Source of the DNA: Octopus sinensis
Taxonomy: Eukaryota
Direction: 5' to 3'
Assembly: GCF_006345805.1 (NCBI RefSeq)
Contig: NW_021824350.1
Span: 1-21,103, forward strand
Length of the DNA: 21,103 bases
The translations under genes were made by a program, and so were the position numbers. This document shows positions 1-10,468 of this stretch, one piece after another (position 1 is the first letter of the stretch; every line of letters starts with the position of its first letter). A model generated the notes under the pieces. The model was not told the DNA's origin, searched no databases, and worked only from the letters and a program-made list of their open reading frames with translations.

Positions 1-1301
1 TACAAAATGGGACATGAGCGCAAAACATTCAAATAGTCGATGCAAAAAACACGGACGGATCATTCGGAGCCTCTAATTTCAGTCAAGAACCGGATCATCC
101 TCGCAATTTCGGCTGATTAATCTTGAGATTGCTCCGATCTGGCCAGCCCCAAGAAAAACTAAGCTACGAGCCCTAGATTTCTTGGGAAAAGGATCGAATA
201 TATACGAAACGGACGATGTTACACGGATATAAATACAAAAAACAAAAATAATACGACTAAAACAAAAAAAAACAATAATAATAATAACAGGACATATTTC
301 TCTGCGTGAGTATCTGTCTGTATGAGTGTGCGTATGCATCAAATATGTATTGCAAATTTCCATGGTTTGTACGTTCCTCCCATCAACCCCGACCGAGAGA
401 CTAAAGGACGCTCGTGCAACGGCGGCCACCAGACGATATTTCCAGTTTAAGCTGAAATTATTTCTCCGCCATTACACATGGAGATGCTCTAACACTTCAC
501 ACGAACTAAACTCGCTACGTTATCAACATTTAAAAGAAAAATGGACGAAAAGATGTGAGTTAAATGATAGATAAATTCCTATAAAAAAAGTTCAAGGAAT
601 TCATTGTTTGTATGGCACAGCTTTCGTAAAGCGAGTTTAGTTAGTTCACCAACTTTTATTATATTCATATCATAGACTAAATATGTGTATGTTAAGTTCA
701 TATCTTATAGTAAAGACTCATATATGTTTATCTAATGGTCTTTATATATATATATTTAAGTATTTAAATTGTTAATGAGCGTTATTTATTAAGAGGCACA
801 TGAGACGATAAGCGTAAACCACTTTATAATTTTGTGATATATAACTAACTTCAGAAATATGCAAACATCAAACATTCATACACTCGTAAGTACACACAAG
901 AGCACATACATATACACAAAAAGATACACGTACCTTACACATATATATAGAAGCAAATACATACACACACATACACACACACATATCTATATATATATAC
1001 AATATGTATATATATATATATCCTGTGTGTATATATATATATATATATATATAGATATATAATATATATATAATATATTATATATATGGATATATCTATA
1101 TAGATATATATATACATAATATGTATTATATTATAATACATATATATATTATATATATATATATAATTATATATATATACATACACACACACAGATACGT
1201 CTCATGTAAGAAGGCAACTCTCGTGCATACATATATTTATGTGTGAATGCATGTACGCATATATACATATGTTCATGTATGTATTCATACACACACACAC
1301 G

Positions 1302-1338
<37 letters not shown>

Positions 1339-1340
1339 GT

Positions 1341-1680
1341 GTGGCACCTTGGGCAAGTGTCTTCTACTATAGCCTCGGGCCGACCAATGCCTTGTGAGTG
1401 GATTTGGTAGACGGAAACTGAAAGAAGCCTGTCGTATATATGTATATATATATATGTGTGTGTGTTGCTTGTGTGTCTGTTTGTCCCCCTAGCATTGCTT
1501 AAAAACCGATGCTGGTGTGTTTATGTCCCCGTCACTTAGCAGATCGGCAAAAAGATACCGATAGAATAAGTACGGGGCTTATAAAGAATAAGTATGGGGT
1601 CGCGATTTGCTCGATTAAAGGCGGTGCTCAGCATGCCGCAGTCATAGACTGAAACAAAGTAAAAGGTAAAAGTTAAAAGG
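1341..1680 (+). mobile_element. tRNA-derived SINE (family 1), 5'-truncated copy
   Basis: Colinear with the full copies at 11110, 13125 and 15141 from gtggcaccttgggcaagtgtcttc through the central (TA)/(TG) tract to the tail ggcggtgctcagcatgccgcagtc..gactgaaac. The tRNA head is missing. Confidence 0.92.
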
Positions 1681-1687
1681 GAATATA

Positions 1688-1726
<39 letters not shown>

Positions 1727-1730
<4 letters not shown>

Positions 1731-1994
1731 AGGATGCACCCAAAAGAAACCGGAATTTTGCAATCTTATTTATACACTTTTATCGCCTTGAAAGTATTCT
1801 CCATTTGAAGCAATGCATGGGTCCAGATGCGTTTTCCACTGTCCGAAGCAGTCCTGGAACTCCTTGCGAAGTGTTGCTTTTTAACCCCTTACTTGTTGTT
1901 TATTCATCTCTTCCTCATCTGCAAAACTTTTTACTTTCGGGCTTTTTTACATTCAGAGGAACAAAGAAAAGTTGCAGGGAGCAAAGGACGGATC
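1727..1994 (-). mobile_element. Decayed mariner transposon, 3' end with TIR
   Basis: Minus-strand translation gives (D)PSFAPCNFSLFL*M*KSPKVKSFADEEEM...EFQDCFGQWKTHLDPCIASNGEYFQGDKSV*, with stops and frameshifts. This matches the mariner YSPDLAPCDF motif and the ...W++CI+..GEYFEGD C-terminus. It ends in a TIR-like caaggatgcacccaaaagaaaccgg next to TA at 1727. Confidence 0.85.
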
Positions 1995-2898
1995 AATAGC
2001 GCCTGCTATTCCCGTTGTAGCTGAGCTTTGCAATGAGCATTAATAAGGGCCAGGAGCAGTCCCTGGATGTGGTAGGTGTGAACCATGCGGAACCAGTTTT
2101 CTGCCATGGCCAACATTATGTGGAATGCTCAAGAGTCGGCGATATTTACATATATATATATATATTTACATGTATATATATTATATATATATATATATTA
2201 TATATATATATTATATATATATATATATATAGAACATATTATTATTTTCCAAATAATTATTTTCGAAATTTTTCTCTTATGAGGTTTTCACGCTATCTAC
2301 CTGACAATTTCTTGTTAAGTTTTCCTTATTAAGTAGTTGTCCTTAATTGCTATATATATATATATATATATACATGACATTTACCGTGACACACATAAGC
2401 CATTCATGTCGCTATACATACTGATGTATGATATGTGACTATATAATAATATATGCTTAATAGCTCGACGTAACGAACTCACGCATATATTTAACAAAAT
2501 AAAAATTTTAATCATTTGCAATCTGATAACGAGGCCCAGCAGAATCGAATGTTTAATGAGAATTAATTATTAAAATCAATTTCTTTCATCTTTCTATATA
2601 TATAACAAGAGACAGAATTTAGTGTGTCTCCGTATTATCTGCAAAAGTATATAGTGTAGCTTCTGCAAAGATGACACAGACAGAATATGAAGGGTTCCAA
2701 TATATATAAATAAAGTATATATATATAATAAATTATTACGAATTGGACAGTCATGAAACGATCGTAGTGTTTTACTCATTATCTTTTGTTAAACTTTTAA
2801 TAATTTTGATATATATTTAAAATAATATAAATTAATTAATTTTATGTATTGGCTTAAGTTTTTCATTGTTTGATTTGCCTAATAGTGGTTTTATCGCT

Positions 2899-3284
2899 AA
2901 CTAGCAGTATCGCCCGGCGTCGCTCGGGTTTGTAAGGGAAATAACTATAAAGCATTTTTAGAGAGTTATAGCCAAAAAATAGCAAAAAAATGGAAAAAGA
3001 ATTATGGTAAATTTGGGGGGGAGTTAAAAAGGTCGAGTTGCGTCCCCTAGACAGTCTGTGGTTTGTGTTTCTGATTCTCGACCCCATGTCGAATTTATCG
3101 ATTTTTTTCAGAACTGGGGGAACTTTTCAAAATTTTCGCTGCGTTAGTTTTGAATTATGACATTGGGCTATGTGTGTGTCAAGTTTCATCAGAATCGGTT
3201 GAAAGCCGTGGTCAGGGTGAGGGTACAACCTAACAGACACACAGACACGCAGACAGACAAACTGCCGTTTATATAGAGAGAGAT
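2899..3284 (+). mobile_element. Non-autonomous Helitron/Helentron-like element (Lep1/HINE-type architecture)
   Basis: Starts aactagcagtatcgcccggcgtcgctcggg (GC-rich imperfect subterminal hairpin). Contains aagtttcatcagaatcgg and ends with an acagac/ACAG repeat plus tttatatagagagagat. This layout is typical of the class by recalled knowledge. Strand assignment is conventional. Confidence 0.7.
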
Positions 3285-3313
3285 TTAATATAATATATAT
3301 ATATATACACACA

Positions 3314-3410
3314 CTTTTACTTGTTTCAGTCACGTGACTGTGGCCATACTGGAGCACTGCATTTAGTCGAACAAATCGACCCTAGGACTTATTCTTTGTA
3401 AGCCTAGTAC
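3314..3410 (-). mobile_element. Family 1 SINE, 3'-terminal fragment
   Basis: Reverse complement of the SINE tail (cttttacttgtttcagtc...ggccatactggagcac...gacttattctttgtaagcctagtac). Confidence 0.88.
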
Positions 3411-3763
3411 ACACACAAACACACATAAACACAGACACACACACACACATGTATATATGAAGACATAACAAAGAATGGGGATTTTATACGTTGAAATATG
3501 GGTTCTTTCGGCACACACTTTTCCGACACGTGTTTCTTCTGCGTAAGTGTTTGAAATACTTTAGATGTGATAGCTCTGTGCATGAAATCGATTTATATTA
3601 AATCAATCAATTCCAGTGGAAATTCAGATCCAAAGATTGACATTCTCATTGGCAAACAGTGTTTTTTCCAAGGCGTACCCCATACGGGGGAATGAAGAGA
3701 ACTGAAACATTTACCATTAAAGATAAGCCTGTATATATATATATAATATATATATATATACAG

Positions 3764-3865
3764 AGTAGTAGTAATCGCAACAGTAGCAGCAGTAGTAGTA
3801 GTAGTACTAGTCGTAGTTGTCGTCGTCGTCGTCGTCGTAGTAGTAGTAGTAGTAGTAGTAGTAGT
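3764..3865. repeat. Compound trinucleotide microsatellite (AGT)n/(CGT)n/(AGC)n
   Basis: Read directly. It explains the poly-Ser/Arg and poly-Leu ORFs at 3646-3931. Confidence 0.95.
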
Positions 3866-4101
3866 CGCCTCGTCACTAAAACAAACTCGCTTGAGGAATG
3901 CTTCAACCTCATTTTTATAGGGGTTCAGTGAATCAGATCCCTTTCCATCAACAGAGGATGTGAAACACAGTCAAAATTTAATATCAATGAAAACTTTTAA
4001 TAAACAATTATTAAAATGAATCAAATCTGGTTAAAATATTTCAACATCTGCCTTTGTAATAATTTTTTTAAATTGTAAAGAGATTTTATGGACACCCTGT
4101 A
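3863..4101 (-). mobile_element. Internally deleted Tc1/mariner-superfamily relic: TIR plus a transposase fragment
   Basis: Minus strand begins TACAGGGTGTCCATAAAA (Tc1/mariner-type TIR, 4101 downward). It encodes LNPYKNEVEAFLKRVCFSDEAT at 3928-3863, where FSDE carries the first catalytic Asp of IS630-Tc1-mariner transposases. Confidence 0.75.
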
Positions 4102-4472
4102 TATAAATACTATCTTCACGTTCTTTATTTCTTTCTTGTTCATTTTTTTACCTTTCAGACACTCTTTCGCTCACACTTTCCATCTTCTTTCTCTATCCCT
4201 CTTTGGTTCCCTAAATTAGTTTTGAGCGTATCTAAATATCTGAATCTCTTTATTATCTCCTTCCTATTTTCTCTTAAACATCCTCCATTAAAGCCGTCTT
4301 AATTCTTTACCAAACCCACAGTTCTCTAACTCATCTTCTCATTCATTAATTACATTGCACACTCTTTCTCATTGTCTATCTCTTCCCCACTTTCTTTCTG
4401 ACTCTCTCTTCTCTCTCTCTCTCTCTCTCTCCTCTACCCCCTCTCCCCCCTCTCTCTCTCTCTCTCTCTCTC

Positions 4473-4842
4473 TTTCAAGCTTATTTTTTATTCTTCTTTC
4501 GATCGTCTGCTTTTAAGCATTTCTCTCACTGCGTGTTTTGTTCTCTCTTCTCTATCCTCTCTCTCTCCTCTCCACCCTCTCCCCTCTCCCTCTCTCTCTC
4601 CCTCTCTCTCCCTCTCTCTCTCTCTCTCTTTCAAGCTTATTTTTTATTCTTCTTTCGATCGTCTGCTTTTAAGCATTTCTCTCACTGCGTGTTTTGTTCT
4701 CTCTCTCTCCCTCTCCCCCTCTCTCCCCCCTCCCCTCCTCTTCCCTCTCTCTCTCTCTCTCTCTCCCTCTCTCTCTTTCAAGCTTATTTTTTATTCTTCT
4801 TTCGATCGTCTGCTTTTAAGCATTTCTCACTGCGTGTTTTGT

Positions 4843-4850
<8 letters not shown>
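4473..4850. repeat. Three copies of a ~71-bp core separated by variable (CT)-rich spacers
   Basis: The core tttcaagcttattttttattcttctttcgatcgtctgcttttaagcatttctctcactgcgtgttttgttc starts at 4473, 4629 and 4776 (periods 156 and 147). The third copy lacks 2 nt. Confidence 0.95.
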
Positions 4851-4873
<23 letters not shown>

Positions 4874-5127
4874 TGCTACTTCTTCCTTTCTCTTTATCTC
4901 TATCTCTATTTATCTCTCTTGCTCCTACCACTGTCTCTGTCTCTGTCCCTCTCTCACTCTCCCTCTCTCAAATGCACACGCACACATTTGTACACTCAAG
5001 AACTTTCACACACACAAATACTTGCACACACACACACACAATATTTTTCTTAATCTTTAGCTTTCAATATTCTCCCACGTACGACATTCCCTCTTTCTCT
5101 GACTCTCCTCTTTCTCTCTTTCTCCCT

Positions 5128-5128
5128 G

Positions 5129-5160
<32 letters not shown>

Positions 5161-5396
5161 ACATACATACATACTATATATAGATATATATATATATATT
5201 ATATATATATATATATATACATACATATAGACATATGTATATATACATACAATTATATTATACATACATATATATATATATGTATATACATACATACATA
5301 CATATATATACATATATATATATATATAATATATATATACATATATACATTATATATATATTATATATATACATATATAATATATACATATATATA

Positions 5397-5438
<42 letters not shown>

Positions 5439-5450
5439 TATGTATGTATT
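5128..5450. repeat. Degenerate (TA)n/(TACA)n microsatellite; similar tracts at about 950-1190, 9117-9325, 9530-10200 and 16180-16790
   Basis: Read directly. Source of the YI/IY-repeat ORFs. Confidence 0.95.
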
Positions 5451-6310
5451 TATGCTTGCATGTATGTATGCGTGGTTGTGTTGCATGTATGAATATACAG
5501 CTGGGTGTATATCTATTTACATGCATGTCTCATTATTTGCATCGCCTTCCTATTACATTCTATCTCTCTCTCTCTCTCCCTCTCCCTCTCTCTCTCTCTC
5601 ATTCCCGTTTCCCTCTACCTTTCACTCCTCTTTCACTCCTCTCCTTTCTTCCTATTTCTCTCTTTCTCCCTCTCAGCAAATTTTTTCATTATTTCATCTC
5701 CTAAGGCAGAATACCCGTCTTTATTTTTCCTTATGACTTCTTATCTATATCTCCCTCTCACTCGGCATTTCTCTCTACACAGATACACACCTCTCTCTTT
5801 CCTTTCCCTCCCTGTACAGATACATCTCACTCGCTCAATGTAAATCTCTCACATGCATTCGCTCTCTTCACTATCAACACACACTCTCTCTCTCTCTCTC
5901 TCTATCTCTCTCGCTTTGTTCTCACTCTTCTTTCTCTTCTTTTCTCTCTCTTTTCTTTCATTCTCTTCCTCAGTTACCTCCCTCCTTTTCGTCTTCAGCC
6001 CCCTTCTCTTCCACCTTTCTTTATTTCGCATTCTTCATTTCAAACGTATTCTCTTTTTATCTCCCTTTATAACCCCCACGCATTCTTTCCCTCCTCTTAC
6101 CACCTCTTTCCTCCCCCTCCATTCTCCCTCACTTATTCAGATACATTTACTCATACCACACCCCTAAACATATCTCCTCTCGCCTTCTTACAATCAATCC
6201 CGCAAAATTCAACGACTGTTATATCGTTAACCCAGTCTCACCCTCAGTCTCACCATTCTGTCTCTCTTTCTGAACCTATCTATCTCCCTCTCGTTCTTTT
6301 ACCCCCTCTC

Positions 6311-6919
6311 TCTCTATCTTTCTCTTCCCTCCCACCCTCTTCTCACTATATATGGTTCCTATTCTTCCTCTGAATTACTCTCTTTCTATTTCTCTGCCTC
6401 CCGCTATACCTCTCTATCTTTCTCTTCCCTCCCACCCTCCTCTCACTATATATGGTTCCTATTCCTCCTCTGTATTACTCTCTTACTATTTCTCTGCCTC
6501 CCGCTATACCTCTCTATCTTTCTCTTCCCTCCCACCCTCCTCTCACTATATATGGTTCCTATTCTTCCTCTGTATTACTCTCTTACTATTTCTCTGCCTC
6601 CCGCTATACCTCTCTATCTTTCTCTTCCCTCCCACCCTCCTCTCACTATATATGGTTCCTATTCTTCCTCTGTATTACTCTCTTACTATTTCTCTGCCTC
6701 CCGCTATACCTCTCTATCTTTCTCTTCCCTCCCACCCTCCTCTCACTATATATGGTTCCTATTCTTCCTCTGTATTACTCTCTTACTATTTCTCTGCCTC
6801 CCGCTATACCTCTCTATCTTTCTCTTCCCTCCCACCCTCCTCTCACTGTATATGGTTCCTATTCTTCCTCTCTATTACTCTCTTACTATTTCTCTGCCTC
6901 CCGCTATACCTCTCTATCT
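6311..6919. repeat. Minisatellite, 100-bp unit, about 6.1 copies
   Basis: tctctatct recurs at 6311, 6411, 6511, 6611, 6711, 6811 and 6911. Copies 3-5 look identical, and copies 1, 2 and 6 carry 1-3 substitutions. Confidence 0.97.
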
Positions 6920-7734
6920 CCCAATCACCTTCCTTCCTTACTATCCTTTCTTTATCTCTCATGTCCTCCTCTCCGCTAGAAGGTATCTCCTATAAATAAA
7001 ATACCTATAAGTACTTGACAAATTTTGATGTAATTACTTATCGATATTTTCTACCGTTTCCTTGCAGATCCAAACCAATGTATAATGCCTGAAGCCTGTC
7101 ACAAGCGAAAGCAAACGAGGAAAAACAAAAAAAGATAAATAAAACAATTACAGTAAACTTTTTTCTCTCCCTCTTATTTTATCTTTGTTTTTCAAAGATC
7201 GCGTTCGAACCGAAGAATAATTAGAGTAGGATTTGAAAGAAACTACGAAACAACGATACAAGAATATCAAGCAAGAAGACAAAAATTCTAAGCGAAATAG
7301 CATCGCAGAAAACTCAGAAGAAGATAGATACGAAAACATAGAAGTGAAAATGGATTTGTAAAAAGAAAATAAAGACAGGAATAAATGAAAGAAAGTGTAA
7401 AAGAAATGTCTCCGTGACAAATTTGATGGATGATGTTAGTAGAAAAATAACAATATGGCGGCAATTTCATGTAATGGCGGTTGTAGGTGTATCTGTTGTT
7501 TTTTTGGTTGTTGTGACTTCAATGTAATTATATAATGAATAAACAAAGATAGAAACGGAGGAAATAATGATGAAATAAAAGGATGAGTGTATGCTGCTTT
7601 GAAATGGCAACAACTTTGTCGACAATTGGACAAACTCTGTACATGTATGTATGCTGATATGTGCGTGTGTGTGTGAGTGTGTGTGTGTGTGCGCGCGCGT
7701 GTGGGTGTGTATGTGTGTGTATATATAAATATAT

Positions 7735-7954
7735 ACTCTTTTACTTGTTTCAGTCATTTGAATGCGGCCATGCTGGAGCACTGCCTTTAATCGAGCAACT
7801 CGACCCCGGGACTTATTCTTTTGTAAGCCCCAGTACTTATTCTATCGGTCTCTTTGCCCGAACTGCTAAGAACGGGGACATAAACACCCCAGCATCGGTT
7901 GTTGTGAAGCAATGCTTGGGGGACAAACAAACAGACACACAAACACACACAGGC

Positions 7955-7987
<33 letters not shown>

Positions 7988-8155
7988 CGTATATACGACG
8001 GGCTTCTTTCAGTTTCCGTCTACCAAATCCACTCACAAGGCTTTGGTCGGCCCGAGGCTATAGTGAAAGACACTTGCCCAAGGTGCCACGCAGTGGGACT
8101 TGGGACTGAACCCGGAACCTTGTGGCTGGTAAACAAGCTACTTACCACACAGCCA
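7735..8155 (-). mobile_element. Family 1 SINE, near full length
   Basis: Reverse complement of head, body, central microsatellite and tail. It has a 7-nt tandem duplication (tgggact tgggact) next to the B box. Confidence 0.95.
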
Positions 8156-8643
8156 GTGTGTGTGTGTGTGTGTATAAATATATACATGTAGATTTGTGTG
8201 TGTGCTGCATTGCGGTCGTTCGACGAGAGGGTACGTGCATTTGGGTATCACACTTTCTAATATAGCGATTTGTTCGATTAGGCGAACTATTTACTCCTGA
8301 ATGAATATCTATGTACCTGAATGTTCAACAGGTGTGTATACATTTAACATATTTCTGGGGCAGAACAGGCTAAGCGCAATTACATGAAGCAGGAACTACA
8401 GGTAAAATCCAGCAAAGAAACATCTAATCAGTTTCTATTTGCACAACATTGCCCATCCGGTTTAGGTTGAATTAAGTTTTGGTTGAAAATGTTGTCAAGC
8501 AGTAGAACCGAAACCGGGCCTTATGGTTGTGAAGCCAACTTGTTACCGCTGCTGTTATTCTTTGCAAACACACAGGCACACACACAATGGAAGCACACAC
8601 ACACACACACACGCACACACACACACATGTATGTACAAATCTA

Positions 8644-9090
8644 TCTGTATCGTAAGAAGGTTGTTTCCGAAACACATGGTTCTAGGTTCACTCCAACTGC
8701 GTGGCAGCTTCGGCTAATGAATTCTGCTATTACCTCGGGCCAACCAAAGACTTGTGAGTGGATTTGGTTGACGGAAACTGAAAGAAGACCTCGCTATATA
8801 TATTATATATATATATATATATATTATTTGTGTGTGTGTGTGTGTGTGTGGGTGTGTGTGTGTGTGTGGTCTATTGTCTATTTGTGTGCCTGTGTTTGTC
8901 TCCCAACCATCGCTTAACAACGATGTTGGTACAATTTAGGTTCTGGGACATTGCGGTTTCGGCGAAATATGGCCGATAGAAGAAGTACCAGGATTACGAA
9001 AAAATAATTCCAGGGGTCCATTTCTTCTACTTAATGTCAGTGCTCCAGCATGGCCTCAGTCAAAATGACTGAAACAATTAAAATATTAAT
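8644..9090 (+). mobile_element. Family 1 SINE, older diverged copy
   Basis: Degenerate head (cgtaagaagg...cacatggttctaggttcactcc), conserved gacttgtgagtggatttggttgacggaaactgaaagaag, central (TA)/(TG), and tail gtgctccagcatggcctcagtcaaaatgactgaaac. Confidence 0.88.
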
Positions 9091-9114
9091 AACACACAAC
9101 ACACACACACAAAC

Positions 9115-9161
<47 letters not shown>

Positions 9162-9328
9162 TATATATATATATATATATTAACATATATATATATAACC
9201 CCACCATTTATTGATTTATATATATACACACACTATATATATATGTGTATTTTTATATATACATATAATATATATGTATATATATATGTTACATATATAT
9301 GTAATATATGTATATATATATATATGGT

Positions 9329-9532
9329 CTAGTTTTCAGCTCATAGCAGCAGACATGCTGGAGAACCTCCTTTAATCGAGCAAATACCACCCGGACTTAT
9401 CTTTGTAAGCCTAATACTTAATCTCTCGTTCTCTTTTCCGGAACCGCTAAGTTTCGGGAGCGTTAACACATCAGCATCGGTTGTAAAGCGATGTTGGAGG
9501 AACAATACAGACACAGCACACACATACATATA

Positions 9533-9570
<38 letters not shown>

Positions 9571-9745
9571 TAATATATAGATATATATATACATATATAT
9601 ATATATTAAATATATATATATATACTATTAAACCTTTAAGCCTTCTGTAGTTTTTCACTTTACTATTTTCTATATATTCAACCAGTGCTTTCACAAACCA
9701 ACTTTCTTAGCTATAGTATATATATATATATAATATCTATATATA

Positions 9746-9788
<43 letters not shown>

Positions 9789-9873
9789 ATATATATACAT
9801 AATACATACAGATATATGAAAAAATTTAAAATATTAATACACACACACACATACACACACACACATATATAGC

Positions 9874-9906
<33 letters not shown>

Positions 9907-10004
9907 TTATAATATATATATATCTATATATATATATACATATATATATAAACCCACATATGACTGAAACAATTAAAATATTAATACACACACACACATA
10001 CACC

Positions 10005-10035
<31 letters not shown>

Positions 10036-10058
10036 CATATATATGTATATATATATAT

Positions 10059-10097
<39 letters not shown>

Positions 10098-10368
10098 TAA
10101 ACCCAAATATTTTATAATATTTTATATTTTATAATATTTATTATATATTATATATATATAATATATATATATAATATATATATTATATATAATATATATA
10201 TGACGGGCTTCTCTCAGTTCCGACTACCAAATCCACTCAGAAGGGTTTGGTCGGCGCGGGCTATAGCAGAAAATACTTGCCGAAGTTGCCACGCAGTTGG
10301 AATGAACCCAGAAACATATGTGTTTGGGAAGCAATCTACTTACTTACCACACACCCACTCCTGCGCCT
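9329..10368 (-). mobile_element. Family 1 SINE with a ~680-bp expanded central microsatellite, or two complementary half-copies
   Basis: The 3' half lies at 9329-9520 and the 5' half at 10201-10368 on the same strand in the correct order, separated by TA-rich sequence exactly where other copies have their 30-70 bp (TA)/(CA) tract. Confidence 0.75.
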
Positions 10369-10375
10369 ATATACA

Positions 10376-10381
10376 TAGATT

Positions 10382-10463
<82 letters not shown>

Positions 10464-10468
10464 CAGAT
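10376..10468. repeat. (AGAT)n tetranucleotide microsatellite
   Basis: More than 20 perfect units, read directly. Confidence 0.97.

Noticed and set aside
859-1192. ORFs rich in YI/IY/HT/VC here and at 2033-2332, 4834-5492, 9341-10006, 10859-11341 and 16139-16369
   Set aside because: They are translations of (TA)n/(CA)n microsatellites and SINE interiors, with no coding evidence.
1727-4101. Outward-bounding TIR-like ends at 1727 and 4101 as one large composite transposon
   Set aside because: The two TIR sequences differ (CAAGGATGCACCC versus CAGGGTGTCCAT) and the attached transposase fragments belong to different lineages.
4473-4850. CRISPR-like repeat-spacer appearance
   Set aside because: The cores are 71 bp, the spacers are low-complexity (CT)n, the context is eukaryotic and there are no cas genes.
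4533-6999. Long Ser/Leu/Pro/Phe-rich ORFs up to 215 aa
   Set aside because: A C/T-only strand cannot form stop codons, and the periodicity follows the DNA repeats.
466-7480. Exact 11-mer ccgccattaca at 466-476 and its reverse complement at 7470-7480
   Set aside because: 11-mer matches are expected by chance in 21 kb, and the match does not extend on either side.
7455-7535. Cys-rich micro-ORF MAAISCNGGCRCICCFFGCCDFNVII* (toxin- or metallothionein-like look)
   Set aside because: There is no signal peptide or propeptide. The Cys residues come from a TGT/GTT-rich low-complexity stretch that gives poly-Val in the adjacent frame.
8490-8550. Very degenerate minus-strand SINE head, and a possible old repeat at 8250-8420
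   Set aside because: Too diverged to delimit or assign without an alignment tool.
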